Below, piece by piece: positions 13,940 to 24,943 of a stretch of DNA of 64,000 nt. The DNA is from an uncultured Chloroflexia bacterium (GTDB lineage: Bacteria; Chloroflexota; Anaerolineae; CG2-30-64-16): positions 1,248,001 to 1,312,000 of the forward strand of contig CAWEMM010000006.1 in NCBI GenBank assembly GCA_963810095.1, written 5' to 3'. The position numbers were made by a program, and so were the translations under genes. The number at the start of each line of letters is the position of its first letter. Position 1 is the first letter of the stretch. The notes below the pieces were generated by a model. That model was not told the origin of the DNA. It did not search any database and worked only from the letters and a program-made list of their open reading frames with translations.

Positions 13940-14951
13940 ATGAAGTTTCGTGTTCTGCTCGTCGTCCTTGTCGTTCTTACCGTGCTGATGTCGGCGTGCG
14001 CTGCGCCGGCCCCGGCCCCGGCCGCCGGCGGCGCCACCACCGGCAAGCCGCTCCGCATCGCGGTCGTAATGCCCTCCGCCACCACCGACATGGCCTTCAG
14101 CCAGTCCATGTGGAGCGCGCTGCAGACGATCCAGAAGGAAATGGGCGGACCGTCCGCGGTCGAGCTCAAGTACTCCGAGAACATGTTCAAGGTCCCCGAT
14201 GCTGCCGCCGCCGTCCGCGACTACGCCAGCCAGGGATTTGACATCGTCATCGCCCACGGCTCGCAGTACGGCTCGTCGGTCCAGGAAATCGCCAAGGACT
14301 TCCCGAAGACCGTGTTTGCCTGGGGCACCGACGTCAACACGTTCGGCCTGGCCAACGTGTACGCCTACACCGCTGCCGCCCAGGAAGGCGGCTACGTGAA
14401 CGGCGTCATGGCCGCACTGCTGAGCAAGGCAAAGCAGATCGGCGTGACCGGCCCGGTCGAGGTCGGCGACGCGAAGACCTATATCGACGGCTTCACCCAG
14501 GGTGTGGCCTCGGTCGACCCGAGCATCAAGGTCAACAAGACCTGGACCGGCTCCTTCTCAGACGTGGCGCTGATGACGGAAGCCGCCAAGACGCACATCG
14601 CTTCCGGTGCAGACGCGCTGACCGGCTCCTCGCAGTCGGTCGTCGGCTCCATCGGCGCGGCGAAGGAAAAGGGCAACGTCCTCTGGTTCGGCACCCAGTC
14701 GGACCAGACCTCGGCAGCGCCCTCGATCGTGGTCGCCAGCCAGGTCTATGACTGGGTTCCGCATGCTCAAGCAGATGATCGCGGACCGCGCGAAGGGCAA
14801 GCTGGGCGGCGAAACCTACACGCTGCAGCTCAAGAACGACGGTCTCAAGATGGCGTTCAACCCCCAGTACAAGCTGGCGGACGACGTCAAGAAGGCCGCC
14901 GACCAGGCCATCGCCGACATCAAGAGCGGCAAGGTCACTGTCCAGCCGTAA
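13940..14951 (+). CDS. BMP-family (PnrA-like) substrate-binding lipoprotein, frameshift near 14757
   Basis: Lipobox LMSAC; DMAFSQSM, IIAHG-type IVIAHGSQY, EGGYVNG, WTGSFSD; C-terminus continues in the 14748-14951 frame. Confidence 0.88.
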
Positions 14952-14966
14952 CAGAAGGTTTACCTA

Positions 14967-15037
14967 ACCACAAAGACACGAAGACACAAGGTGTCACAAT
15001 GACTTTGAGAAGCGTTGTGTCTTGGTGTCTTTGTGGT
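14967..15037. repeat. Periodic palindrome family A (ACAAAGAC 8-nt units)
   Basis: ACCACAAAGACACGAAGACACAAG...TTGTGTCTTGGTGTCTTTGTGGT between the BMP stop and the ATPase RBS. Confidence 0.85.
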
Positions 15038-15062
15038 GAATCCAGGGGTCATGGGAGGCAAC

Positions 15063-16624
15063 ATGGAGCATAAAGGCATTCAGCGCATCGAGATGTGCGA
15101 CATCGTAAAGCGGTTCCCCGGGGTGTTAGCCAACGACCGGGTCTGCTTTGACTTCGTCGCGGGCGAGGTGCATGCCCTGTTAGGGGAAAACGGCGCGGGC
15201 AAGAGCACGCTCATGCGCCAGCTCTATGGCCTCTACCGCCCCGACGAAGGGCAAATCATGATCGACGGGAAGCCGCACGTCTTCCGGTCGCCGGCGGACG
15301 CGATCAAGTCCGGCATCGGAATGATTCACCAGCACTTCATGCTGGTGCCCACGCTCACCGTCACACAGAACGTCGCGCTCGGCCTGAAGTCGACGCGCGA
15401 GCCCGTGACCGACCTGGACAAGGTCGCCGCCCGCATCCGTGACCTCTCCAAAGAATACGGCCTGAAAGTGGACCCAAGCGCATACGTTTGGCAGCTTTCG
15501 GTCGGCGAGCAGCAGCGCGTCGAGATCCTCAAGGCGCTCTATCGCGGGCGCCTGCATGATTATCATGGACGAGCCCACCGCGGTCTTGACGCCCCAGGAA
15601 GTCAAAGACCTGTTCGTCACGGTCAGCGCATGGTGCAGGAAGGCCACGGCCTCGTCTTCATTTCGCACAAGCTCTACGAGGTCATGGCTATCAGCGACCG
15701 CGTGACCGTGCTGCGTGACGGCCGCATGGCGGGCACGAAGCTCGATCGGCGAAGTCACACGCGACGACCTGGTCAAGATGATGGTCGGCCGCGAGATCAA
15801 GCCGCTCGCGCCGCAGCCGATGAATGCCGGCGCGGTGCGGCTGAAGATCGACAACCTGCAGCGCCATGGGCGATCGCGGGGTCGAGGCGCTGCGGTCCGT
15901 CAGCCTGGAAATCCGGGCCGGCGAAATCCTGGGCCTGGCCGGCGTGTCGGGCAACGGGCAGCGCGAGCTGGCGCAGTGCCTGGGCGGGCTTCGCAAGCCG
16001 ACCGCCGGCACCGTCGCCGTCGACGGCAAAGATATTACGGGCGCCTCGATTCAGGAGCGCCTCGCAGCCGGGCTGGCCTATATCCCCGAGGAGCGCATGC
16101 GGGACGGCGCGGTCCGCGAGTTCTCGGTGGAGGAGAACATCTTCCTCCAGGAGCACGGCTCGCCGCAGTTTACGCACGGCATCTTCCTCGACTTCGGCAA
16201 GATGGCCGCCCATGCCAAGCAGCTGGTCAAGCAGTACGCCGTCAAGACGCCGAAGCTTGACACGCCGATCAAGAACCTGTCCGGCGGCAACATCCAGAAG
16301 GTGATCATGGCGCGCGAAGCTGTCGCGCAAGCCCGGCGTGTTGATCGCCGCGCAGCCAACTCGCGGGGTCGACATCGGCGCCAGCGAGTACATTCACCAG
16401 CAGCTGCTCGAGCAGCGAGCCGGCGGCATCGGCGATCGCTGCTGATTTCGGAAGACCTGGACGAGGTGCGCGAGCTGTCCGACCGGATTGCAGTCATGTA
16501 CGAAGGGCGGATCATGGGGATCCTGGACCGAGACGAAGCGACGGTGGAGAAGCTGGGCCTGATGATGGCCGGTGTGTCGGTCACGACGAGCCGGGCGCCG
16601 AAGCGGCGCCGGCCGAAACAGTAG
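15063..16624 (+). CDS. CUT2 ABC transporter ATP-binding protein with two NBDs (frameshifted)
   Basis: Walker A GENGAGKST, LSVGEQQRVEILKAL, FISHKL, GVSGNGQREL, LSGGNIQK, LISEDLDE. Confidence 0.92.
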
Positions 16625-16636
16625 AGGCGTAACACG

Positions 16637-17571
16637 ATGGACTTGACGAAGATCAGCATGGGCGGACAGGCGGCGACCGTTGCCATCCCCCGATGACCGC
16701 TTCGAATACACCCGGGCCGAGAGCATCGCCCACGCCGTGGCGTTGCTCAACGAGCCGGGCGTGCGCGGCCGGGTGCTGGCCGGCGGCACGGATCTCGTGC
16801 TGCTGATGCGCGAGGAACACGACCTGTGCGACCGGGTAGTGGACATGACGCTGATCCCGGAGATGCACGAAATCCGGCGCGAAGGTGACGTAGTCACCAT
16901 CGGCGCGGCCGCGTCGTTCAGCGAGATCATCGACTCGCCCGTGGTGCGCGAGACCGCGCCGCTGCTGGTCGAAGCGTGCCATGCGGTCGGCGCGCCGCAG
17001 ATCCGCAACATGGGCACGCTGGGCGGGAACGTCGCGAATGCCGCCGCGTGCGCCGACTCGCTGCCCGCGCTCGTCTGCCTCGACGCGGTCGCGCACGCCC
17101 TCACGCCCGCCGGCGCCGCTCGAGTGGCCGGTGGCCGACCTCGTGATCCGGCCGAACCAGACCAAGCTGCCGCCGGGCGCGCTGCTGACGGCGCTGAGCT
17201 ACCGCGTGCCTGCGGCGGGCAGCCGGAGCGTCTTTCTCAAGCTGGGCCGGCGCAATGCGATGGCGATCTCCCGCCTGACCGTGGCCGCGCTCGGCCGGGT
17301 GGACGCAGCGGGCAAGGTCGCCGAAGTCCGGCTCGTGCCCGGCTCGGCCACGCCGCAGATCCGGCGCTTTCCCGCAGGCGGAAGCGCACCTGCTCGGGCA
17401 GACCCCCAGCGTCGACGCTGTGCGAGGAGGCGGCGCGGGTGGCGGTGGAGGAGATGCCGGAGATCACCGGCAAGCGCTGGTCGAGCGAATTCAAGGAGCC
17501 CGCGCTGCTCTCCATGGTGGCGCGTGCGCTGCTGCAGGTGTTCGACCTGTCAGGCAAGGGAGGGCGCATGA
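16637..17571 (+). CDS. Xanthine dehydrogenase-family FAD-binding subunit, enzyme 1 (frameshifted)
   Basis: LAGGTDL, QIRNMGTLGGNVANA, FLKLGRRNAMAISR. Confidence 0.88.
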
Positions 17572-18081
17572 GGATCGAGTTTACCTTGAACGGGCAGCCC
17601 GTCAGCGTCGAGGCGCCCGCCGCACATCAGCCTGCTGCACCTGCTGCGCGACTATGCTGGGCCTCACCGGCACCAAAGAAGGTTGCGGCGTGGGCGAGTG
17701 CGGCGCGTGCAGCGTGCTGCTGGACGGCAAGCTGGTCAATTCCTGCCTCGTGCTGGCGCCGCAGGCCGGCGGGCGAAACGTCGTGACGATCGAAGGCGTC
17801 CGCGGCGCGGACGGCGGGCCGAACGATCTGCAGCAGAACTTCATCGACCACGGCGCGGTGCAATGCGGCTACTGCATCCCGGGCATGGTGCTGGCGGGCG
17901 AGGCGCTGCTGGCGCAGACCCTGACGCCCAGCCGCGCCGAATCCGCGAGGCGATCGCCGGCAACCTGTGCCGCTGCACGGGCTACCAGCAGATCGTCGAC
18001 GCCATCGAGGCGACGGCCGCCGAGACGGCGAGCGGCAGAACGGGCCGCCGAGCTGACCGCGCGGAGGTGACCCATGGCTGA
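17568..18081 (+). CDS. Xanthine dehydrogenase-family [2Fe-2S] subunit, enzyme 1 (frameshifted)
   Basis: [34 protein letters not shown]; ATGA overlap with the FAD subunit. Confidence 0.9.
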
Positions 18082-20443
18082 ACTGCAAGTACATCGGCAA
18101 GCCCGCGCAGCGGGTCGACGCGCTGGACAAGGTGCTGGGCACGGCCAAGTACGCGGGCGACTATCGGATGCCGGGCATGCTCGTACGCGCGCTGCCTGCG
18201 CAGCGATCTCCCGCACGCGCGCATCGTCCGGCTCGACGTGACCCCGGCGCTGCAGGTGCCCGGCGTCTGCGCCGCGATCACCGGCGAGGACTTCGTCGAG
18301 CACGGCAACTTCGGCTATCCCGGTCGAGGATATGTACATGCTGGCGCACGACCGCGTGCGCTACGTCGGCGACGCGATTGCGGCCGTCGCAGCCGAGAAC
18401 GAAGAGGCGCTCGCCGCCGGGCTGGCCGCGATCATTTGCGAGCTGGAGCCGCTGCCGGGCGTTTTCGACCCCGAAGAGGCGCTCCGGCCCGACGCGCCGC
18501 TGGTCGGCGAGCAGCCCTGGGATTCGCCCGACCGAGCCGCGCGGCAACCTGCTGGTCAAGCACATCGTGCGCAAGGGCGAGCCGGAGCCGATCCTGCGAG
18601 CAGTCCGAGGTCGTGCTGGACGAGCATTACAGCACGGCGCACCAGGAGCACGCCTACATCGAGACCGAAGCTGCGCTGGCCGTGCCCTGGCCCGACGGCA
18701 CCGGCGTCACGGTCTACTCGCCGAGCCAGAGCCCGTTCAACGACCGCAACAACCTGTGCCGGGTGCTGGGGCTCGGCGTGGAAAACGTGCGCGTGATCCA
18801 GCCGCCGGTCGGCGGCGCGTTCGGCGGCAAGGACGACCAGATCTACCAGACGACGGGCCAGGTCGCGAAGCTGGCGCTGCTCACGGGCCGGCCCGGTGCA
18901 GATGAGCTTCCGCCGCGAAGAGTCGATGATCTTCTCGTACAAGCGCAACCCGATGCGGGTGCACATCCGGCTGGGCGCCGACCGCACCGGCCGGCTGCGG
19001 GCGAGCAAGGTCGATCTCGTGGTGGACAGCGGCGCGTACTCCGCCATCACGCCGTTCGTCGCCTGGCGCGGCAACATCCACGCCATGGGCGCCTATCGCT
19101 ACGACGCGTGCCACGTCGACACCCACGTCGCCTACACGAACAACGGGTATACGGGCGCGTTCCGCGGGTTCGGCAACACCGAAACCACGGCCTGCATCGA
19201 GCAAGCCATGGACGAGCTGGCCGACCGCCTGGGCATCGATCCCATCGACCTGCGCCTGACGAACTGCCTGCGCCCCGGCGACGAGACGGCGCACGGCCAG
19301 CGCCTGGGCGACGACGTGGGCCTGGTCGAGTGCCTGGAGCACGTGCGCCGCGTCTCCGATTGGGACCGCAAGCGCAGGGAATACGGGGAGCAAAAGGGCG
19401 GCGGTTCTGCGCGCACTCACAACCCGGCGCGGGATCGGCGTGGCCTGCTTCTTCCACGGCCTGTCGCTCGGCGCGGAAGGCGACGACTTTGCCGTCAGCA
19501 CGATCCAGGTGAACGACGACAACTCGCTTACCTTCACGTCGGGCCTGACCGACTACGGCACCGGCTCGCGCACGGTCTACACCTTGATCGCAGCGGAAGT
19601 GCTGGGCCTCAAGCCGGAACGCTTCCACATGCACCGCCCCGACACGGACACTGCGATCGCCAGCGGTCCCACCGTCGCCTCGCGCGCCACGGTGCTGGGC
19701 GGCAACGCGGTGCGCGTCACGGCCGAACGCCTCAACAGCGTGCTCGGTGAACGCGGCGGCTAACCTCTTCAAGTGCAGCACCGCCCAGGTGCTGCGCGAC
19801 GGCGAGCAGTTCATCGGCCCCCAGGAGGAGCCGGTCTCCTTCGAGGACGTCGTCAAGCACGCCCGCAGCATGGGGCTGGCGCTCTCGGCGCACGGCCGCT
19901 GGGACGCGCCCACCATCCACTGGTCGCTCGAGGACGGCACGGGCAAGCCCTACTTCGCCTATCACTACGGCGCGCAGGTCGCCGAAGTGAGCGTGGACAT
20001 GGGCACGGGCAAGGTGAGCGTTGCAGGCATCTGGGCCAGCCACAACACCGGCACGGTGATCTTCCCGCAGGGGATCCTCGGCCAGCTCTACGGCGGCATC
20101 ACGCAAGGGATCGGCTACGCGCTCATGGAGCGGGTGGACTTCGACAAGGGCTACATCCAGGCGACCAACTTCGACGAGTACCTGATCCCGACCGCGCTCG
20201 ACGTCCCGGACATCGAGGGGCACTTCGTCCAGAAGCCGTTCAGTCCGGGCCCGTTCGGCGCCAAGAACATCGGCGAGCCGGCGCATGGTGCCCACGGCGC
20301 CGGCCATCCTGAACGCCGTCTTCCAGGCGACTGGCAAGCGGGTGCGCGACCTGCCGGCAAACCTGGAGCGCGTGCTGCTGGGTCACGACCTGCGGCAGCG
20401 GGGCTCGGATCGGGCCTGCAAGCTGGGGCTCAAGGCGGGCTGA
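18074..20443 (+). CDS. Xanthine dehydrogenase-family molybdopterin-binding subunit, enzyme 1 (frameshifted)
   Basis: VRYVGDAIAAVAA, HQEHAYIETE, GGAFGGK, AFRGFGN, GPTVASR, GQLYGGITQGIG, GPFGAKNIGEP. Confidence 0.9.
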
Positions 20444-20447
20444 ACCG

Positions 20448-20480
20448 AGACCCGGAGGGCTTCGAATGCCTCCGGGGTCT
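20448..20480. repeat. REP-like hairpin or terminator after the Xdh-1 genes
   Basis: AGACCCGGAGGGC-TTCGAAT-GCCTCCGGGGTCT. Confidence 0.5.
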
Positions 20481-20493
20481 GCACCTGCGGAAT

Positions 20494-20542
20494 TTGGCAC
20501 GCAGCGAGGATCGTGTATAATACGGGTTGTCAGACATCTGAC
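20494..20542 (+). promoter_or_regulatory. Sigma70-type promoter and putative GntR operator
   Basis: TTGGCA (20494-20499), 16 bp, TATAAT (20516-20521); GTCAGACATCTGAC at 20529-20542 shares half-sites with the motif upstream of GntR 1. Confidence 0.6.
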
Positions 20543-20577
20543 ATCTCTGTATCTTTCTTCACGGTTCTTGATTTGCC

Positions 20578-21348
20578 ATGACCAACGCACCTGGTGTCCG
20601 CCTTCGTGCAGACAACCGGCCCCTCTACATGCAGGCCTCCGACGCGCTGCGCAGCCTGCTGCAGGGCGGCGAGTACGCCATCGGGGCCCGCTTGCCTTCC
20701 GAGCCGGAGCTCGCACAGCGGCTGGGCATCTCTCGGCCGACGCTGCGCGAGGCGCTGCAGACGCTCGAGGAAGAGGGTGCAATCGTTCGCCGGCACGGCG
20801 TGGGCACGTTCGTTGCCGAACCGCGGCCCGTGCTCGACGCCGGGCTCGAGGTGCTCGAAAGCATCGAGCAGATGGCCCGCCGGGGCGGCCTGCACGTCGA
20901 CATGGGCGAGGTCGTCATTGCCGAACGGGTCACGACGGATGAAGAGACCGACGGGCTGGGCCTGGCCGCGCCCGAACCGGCCATTGCCGTCGTCCGGGTC
21001 ATCCTGGCCGAGGGCCAGCGCGGGCTGCAGCCCGTGGCCCACCTGACCGACGTGCTGCCGCAGCGCTTCCTGCGCCGGGCCGATCTCGGCCCTGGCTTTC
21101 ACGGCTCGGTGCTCGACACGCTGCTGGCCCGCGGCTGGCCCAGCCTCTCGCACTCGCGTACCGAGCTTCTCTCGGAAGCGGCCGGCCCCGAGCTGGCCCA
21201 CGCCCTGCATGTCGCGCCGGGTGCGCCGCTGATGAAGCTCGACGCCCAGCTTTTCACAGCAGACGGGCAGATTGCCGATTACTCCATCAGCTATTTCGTG
21301 CCCGGTTCGTTTCGATTTCACGTCGTGCGACGCGTCGCAGGCGCCTAA
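20578..21348 (+). CDS. GntR-family (HutC/UTRA) transcriptional regulator 2
   Basis: LPSEPELAQRLGISRPTLREAL...RHGVGTFV plus UTRA-like domain. Confidence 0.92.
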   Translation: MTNAPGVRLRADNRPLYMQASDALRSLLQGGEYAIGARLPSEPELAQRLGISRPTLREALQTLEEEGAIVRRHGVGTFVAEPRPVLDAGLEVLESIEQMARRGGLHVDMGEVVIAERVTTDEETDGLGLAAPEPAIAVVRVILAEGQRGLQPVAHLTDVLPQRFLRRADLGPGFHGSVLDTLLARGWPSLSHSRTELLSEAAGPELAHALHVAPGAPLMKLDAQLFTADGQIADYSISYFVPGSFRFHVVRRVAGA

Positions 21349-21477
21349 CCGGGTGCCCCGCCGAGCGGGCACCCCGCCAAGCGGGCGCACGACGCCGAGC
21401 GAGAACAGCCGCAGCTTCAGTGGTGGGCGCGTCCGCAGCGCTTCGCCCGCCCGATTACAGTGAGGAGAGCCAGAACC

Positions 21478-22708
21478 ATGAGTTCTACCCAACAGCTAGC
21501 CGAAGTCCGCACCCGCGTTAACCAGAGCCGCGACGAAATCCTGCAGTTCCTCCGCGATATCTGCGCCATCCCGTCCATGAATTCCGAGATCGGCCCGGTC
21601 GGCGAGCGCATCCAGCAAGAAATGCGCAAGCTGAACTGGGACGAAGTGCGCTTCGACAAAATGGGCAACACGATCGGCCGCATCGGCGACGGGCCAAAGG
21701 TCATCGTTTACGACTCGCACATCGACACCGTCGGCATCGGCGACCCGAACGAGTGGCCCTGGGACCCCTTTGTGGGCAAGATCGAAGACGGCCGCCTGTG
21801 GGCGCGCGGCGCAGTGGATGAGAAGGGCAGCACGCCCGGCATGGTGCACGGCCTCGCCATCGCCCGCGACCTCGGCCTCCTCGACGGCTACACGGTCTAT
21901 TATTTTGGCAACATGGAAGAATGGTGCGACGGCATCGCGCCCAACACCTTCGCCGAGGTCGATCCGAAGGTGAAGCCCGATTACGTGGTGATCGGCGAGC
22001 CGACCAAGATGAACGTCTATCGCGGCCACAAGGGGCGCATCGAGCTGAAGATCACGGCGTCGGGCCGCTCGGCCCACGCGGCTTCGCACTACCTGGGCGA
22101 CAACGCGGTGTACAAGATGATGGCCGTCATCACCCAAATCCGCGAGCTCGACCGCCGCATGCGGTTCGGCATGGGCTATCACCCCCTGCAGGGTTATCCT
22201 TCCATTGCCGTCACTAACGTGGAAGCCCGCACGGCTTCGCTCAACGCGGTGCCCGATCAGTTCACCATCTACATCGACCGCCGCATCACGAGCAATGAGC
22301 CGCATGACAACGTCATCGAGGTCGTCAAGGGCCTGATCCCCGACTACCTCCAGGACGAGATCCACGTCGAAGAGCTTTTCTATGACACCCCGTCGTACAC
22401 CGGGTTTGTCTTCCCCGTGTCGAAGTACTATCCGGCATGGGTGCTCGAAGACACGCACCCCCTCGTGCACGCGGGGCAGTTGGCCGGGCAGCAGGTTTGG
22501 GGCGCTACGCCCACGCTGGGCAGCTGGGACTTCTCGACGAACGGCACCTATTGGGCAGGCAAGGCCGGCATCCCCTCCATCGGCATGGGGCCCGGCGACG
22601 AAAAGACCGCCCACATGATGAACGAGAACGTGCCGCTGGACGAGGTCGTGGCCTGCGCCGAGTTCTACGCGGCGCTCCCCCAGGCCATCCGGGAGTGCAG
22701 CTGCATAA
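21478..22708 (+). CDS. ygeY: M20/DapE-like metallohydrolase, YgeY family (copy 2)
   Basis: YDSHIDTVG, ARGAVDEKG, NMEEWCDG, IGEPT, GHKGRIE, SLNAVPD, WDFSTNG, IGMGPGDE; likely true stop TAA 22706-22708 after an indel near 22696. Confidence 0.88.
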
Positions 22709-22721
22709 GCAGGCTGTTACG

Positions 22722-22803
22722 TTCACAGAAAGGACACGAAGACCAAAGTGCGACTAAGCCCTGCTACCTTGCGCAGCTTTGGTTTTTTGGTCCTTTGTGG
22801 TTG
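22722..22803. repeat. Periodic palindrome family A (degenerate)
   Basis: CACAGAAAGGACACGAAGACCAAAG...CTTTGGTTTTTTGGTCCTTTGTGG. Confidence 0.7.
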
Positions 22804-22848
22804 AGGTCGAACATCACGGTACCCACACCATTCAGGAGGCATGCATCA

Positions 22849-23829
22849 ATGCGTAGCTTTGCTGGTCGTGACATTCTGTCGCTCAAAGACTTCGAGCGGC
22901 AGGAATTCTTCCGCGTGTTCGACGTCGCCGAACAGATGGAGCCGATCGCGCGCAACCGGCGCAATGTGGACATGTTGAAGGAGAAGACCCTCGTCACCGC
23001 CTTCTACCAGCCCTCCACCCGCACCCGCCTGGCCCATGAAGCGGCCATGCACCGCCTGGGCGGCCACGTCACCGGCTTCTCCGATTCCAAGATGACGCGC
23101 GCGGGCGACTGGTACCAGGAGTCCATCAAGGACACCGTCAAGATGCTGGAGTTCTACGGCGACGTGATCGTGATGCGCCATTTCCAGAAGGGCGCACCGC
23201 AGGAAGCCGCGAAGTGGTCCTCCATCCCCATCATCAACGGCGGTGACGGCTGGGGCGAGCACCCGACCCAAATCCTGACCGACCTGTACACGGTGCTCGT
23301 CGCGCGCAAGCGCATCGACGGCCTGAAGTGGGTCGCAGTGGGCGACATGCGGATGCGCACCATGCACTCGCTGGGCTACGCGCTGAGCCAGTTCGACTGC
23401 CCGGTCACATTCATCGGGCCCTCGGCCGACGCGCTCTTCCCGGGCTCGCCCGACATGAGCATGCCCGCGGAGTACAAGAGCGAGTTCGACCAGTACTCGC
23501 TCAACTACCGCGAAGCGGAGTCCATCGAGCAGGTCATCGCCGACGCGGACGTGATCCTGGTCGAACCCGTCATCCAGCCCGACTACACGCAGGCCCGCCA
23601 GGAAGCCTCGAAAGACCACAGCCTGACGCCGCCGGCCTACAAGATCACCCGCGAGCTGCTGGCCACCAAGGCGAAGTCCGACGCGATCCTGCTCCATTCG
23701 CTGCCGCGCATGGACGAAATCCCGCTCGACGTCGACATCACGAAGTGGTCCCGCTACTGGCAGGAAGCCTACCACGGCGTCGTCATGCGCATGGCCCTGC
23801 TGGCGCTGGTTCTAGGAAAGACGGAATAG
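22849..23829 (+). CDS. Aspartate-carbamoyltransferase-like transcarbamylase with atypical specificity motifs
   Basis: Own RBS AGGAGG; PSTRTR, INGGDG..EHPTQ, GDMRMRTMHSL, LHSLPR; no RxQxER motif. Confidence 0.85.
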   Translation: MRSFAGRDILSLKDFERQEFFRVFDVAEQMEPIARNRRNVDMLKEKTLVTAFYQPSTRTRLAHEAAMHRLGGHVTGFSDSKMTRAGDWYQESIKDTVKMLEFYGDVIVMRHFQKGAPQEAAKWSSIPIINGGDGWGEHPTQILTDLYTVLVARKRIDGLKWVAVGDMRMRTMHSLGYALSQFDCPVTFIGPSADALFPGSPDMSMPAEYKSEFDQYSLNYREAESIEQVIADADVILVEPVIQPDYTQARQEASKDHSLTPPAYKITRELLATKAKSDAILLHSLPRMDEIPLDVDITKWSRYWQEAYHGVVMRMALLALVLGKTE

Positions 23830-23834
23830 ACGAT

Positions 23835-23896
23835 AACACGAAGACACAAAGGCACTACGACCTTTTAGAACCCTGGTGTCTTTGTGCCTTTGTGTT
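23835..23896. repeat. Periodic palindrome family A
   Basis: AACACGAAGACACAAAGGCAC...GTGTCTTTGTGCCTTTGTGTT. Confidence 0.85.
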
Positions 23897-23943
23897 GAAC
23901 GCTATATCCCTTGCAAGACAGACCCATTCAGGAGAAGTATCTG

Positions 23944-24933
23944 ATGCAGACCTACCTTCACGGCCGTGATTTGATTGGCGACCTCGACTTTTCGAAGGAA
24001 GAGGTCGAGACTGTCCTCGACGTTGCCTTCGACCTCAAGCGCAAGCAGGCGCTCCGCGAGCCGCACGCGTACCTCCGCGACAAGGTGCTCGCGATGCTGT
24101 TCTTCTTCAGCAGCACCCGCACCCGCGGCTCCTTCGAAGCCGGCATGGCCCAATTGGGCGGCCACGGGGCATTCATCGAGAGCACCACGACCCAGATCGC
24201 GCACGGCGACACCCCCAAGGAAATCGGCGAGATCTTCGGCCGCTACTTCGACGGCATCGCCATCCGCCACTGCGACTGGCCGATCGGCAACGCCTACCTG
24301 AACGCCGTTGCGGCGGCCTCCCGGGTGCCGGTTCTCAACATGCAGTGCGAGATCTACCACCCGTTCCAGTGCCTCGCCGACCTGATGACCATCATGGAGA
24401 AGAAGGGCCGCGACCTGCGCAAGAAGAAGGTCGTCGTGTCGTGGGCCTACGCCGAGTCCTATCTCAAGCCGATCTCGGTGCCCCAGTCGCTCATCCTGCA
24501 GCTGCCGCGCTTCGGCATGGACGTCACCCTGGCCTACCCGCCCGGCTTCCAGCTCATGCCCGACATCGTCGGCCAGGCCCAGGAGCAGGCGCGCAAGTTC
24601 AAGACCAGCTTCGAGATCGTCGAAGACAACAACGGCATGGACATCGCCTTCAAGGACGCCGACGTGATCTACGCGAAGTCGTGGGGCCCGCTGCTCACCA
24701 CCACGGACAAGACCGAAGGCAAGCGGCTCCAGGACACGTTCAAGAACTGGATCACGGACGAGCGCAAGATGGGCCTGGCCAAGGAAGACGCGATCTACAT
24801 GCACCCGCTGCCCGCAGATCGCAACGTCGAGGTGACGGACGGCGTCATCGACGGTCCTAACTCGGTCGTCTTCGACGAGGCGGAGAACCGCCTCCATGCG
24901 CAGAAGGCCGTCATGGCCTTGACGATGGGCTAA
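23944..24933 (+). CDS. ygeW: YgeW-like carbamoyltransferase
   Basis: SSTRTR, QIAHG, NMQCEIYHPFQ, WAYAESYLKPISVPQ, RFGMDVTLAYP, AFKDADVIYAKSWGP, MHPLP, AENRLH match the YgeW-type motif pattern. Confidence 0.82.
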   Translation: MQTYLHGRDLIGDLDFSKEEVETVLDVAFDLKRKQALREPHAYLRDKVLAMLFFFSSTRTRGSFEAGMAQLGGHGAFIESTTTQIAHGDTPKEIGEIFGRYFDGIAIRHCDWPIGNAYLNAVAAASRVPVLNMQCEIYHPFQCLADLMTIMEKKGRDLRKKKVVVSWAYAESYLKPISVPQSLILQLPRFGMDVTLAYPPGFQLMPDIVGQAQEQARKFKTSFEIVEDNNGMDIAFKDADVIYAKSWGPLLTTTDKTEGKRLQDTFKNWITDERKMGLAKEDAIYMHPLPADRNVEVTDGVIDGPNSVVFDEAENRLHAQKAVMALTMG

Positions 24934-24943
24934 GAGGTAACAC

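Noticed and set aside
21460-23829. 789-aa YgeY-carbamoyltransferase fusion in the ORF track
   Set aside because: The linker is a palindromic repeat plus an AGGAGG RBS and ATG at 22849; removing one base near 22696 gives REAAA-stop. An indel artefact is more likely than a true fusion.
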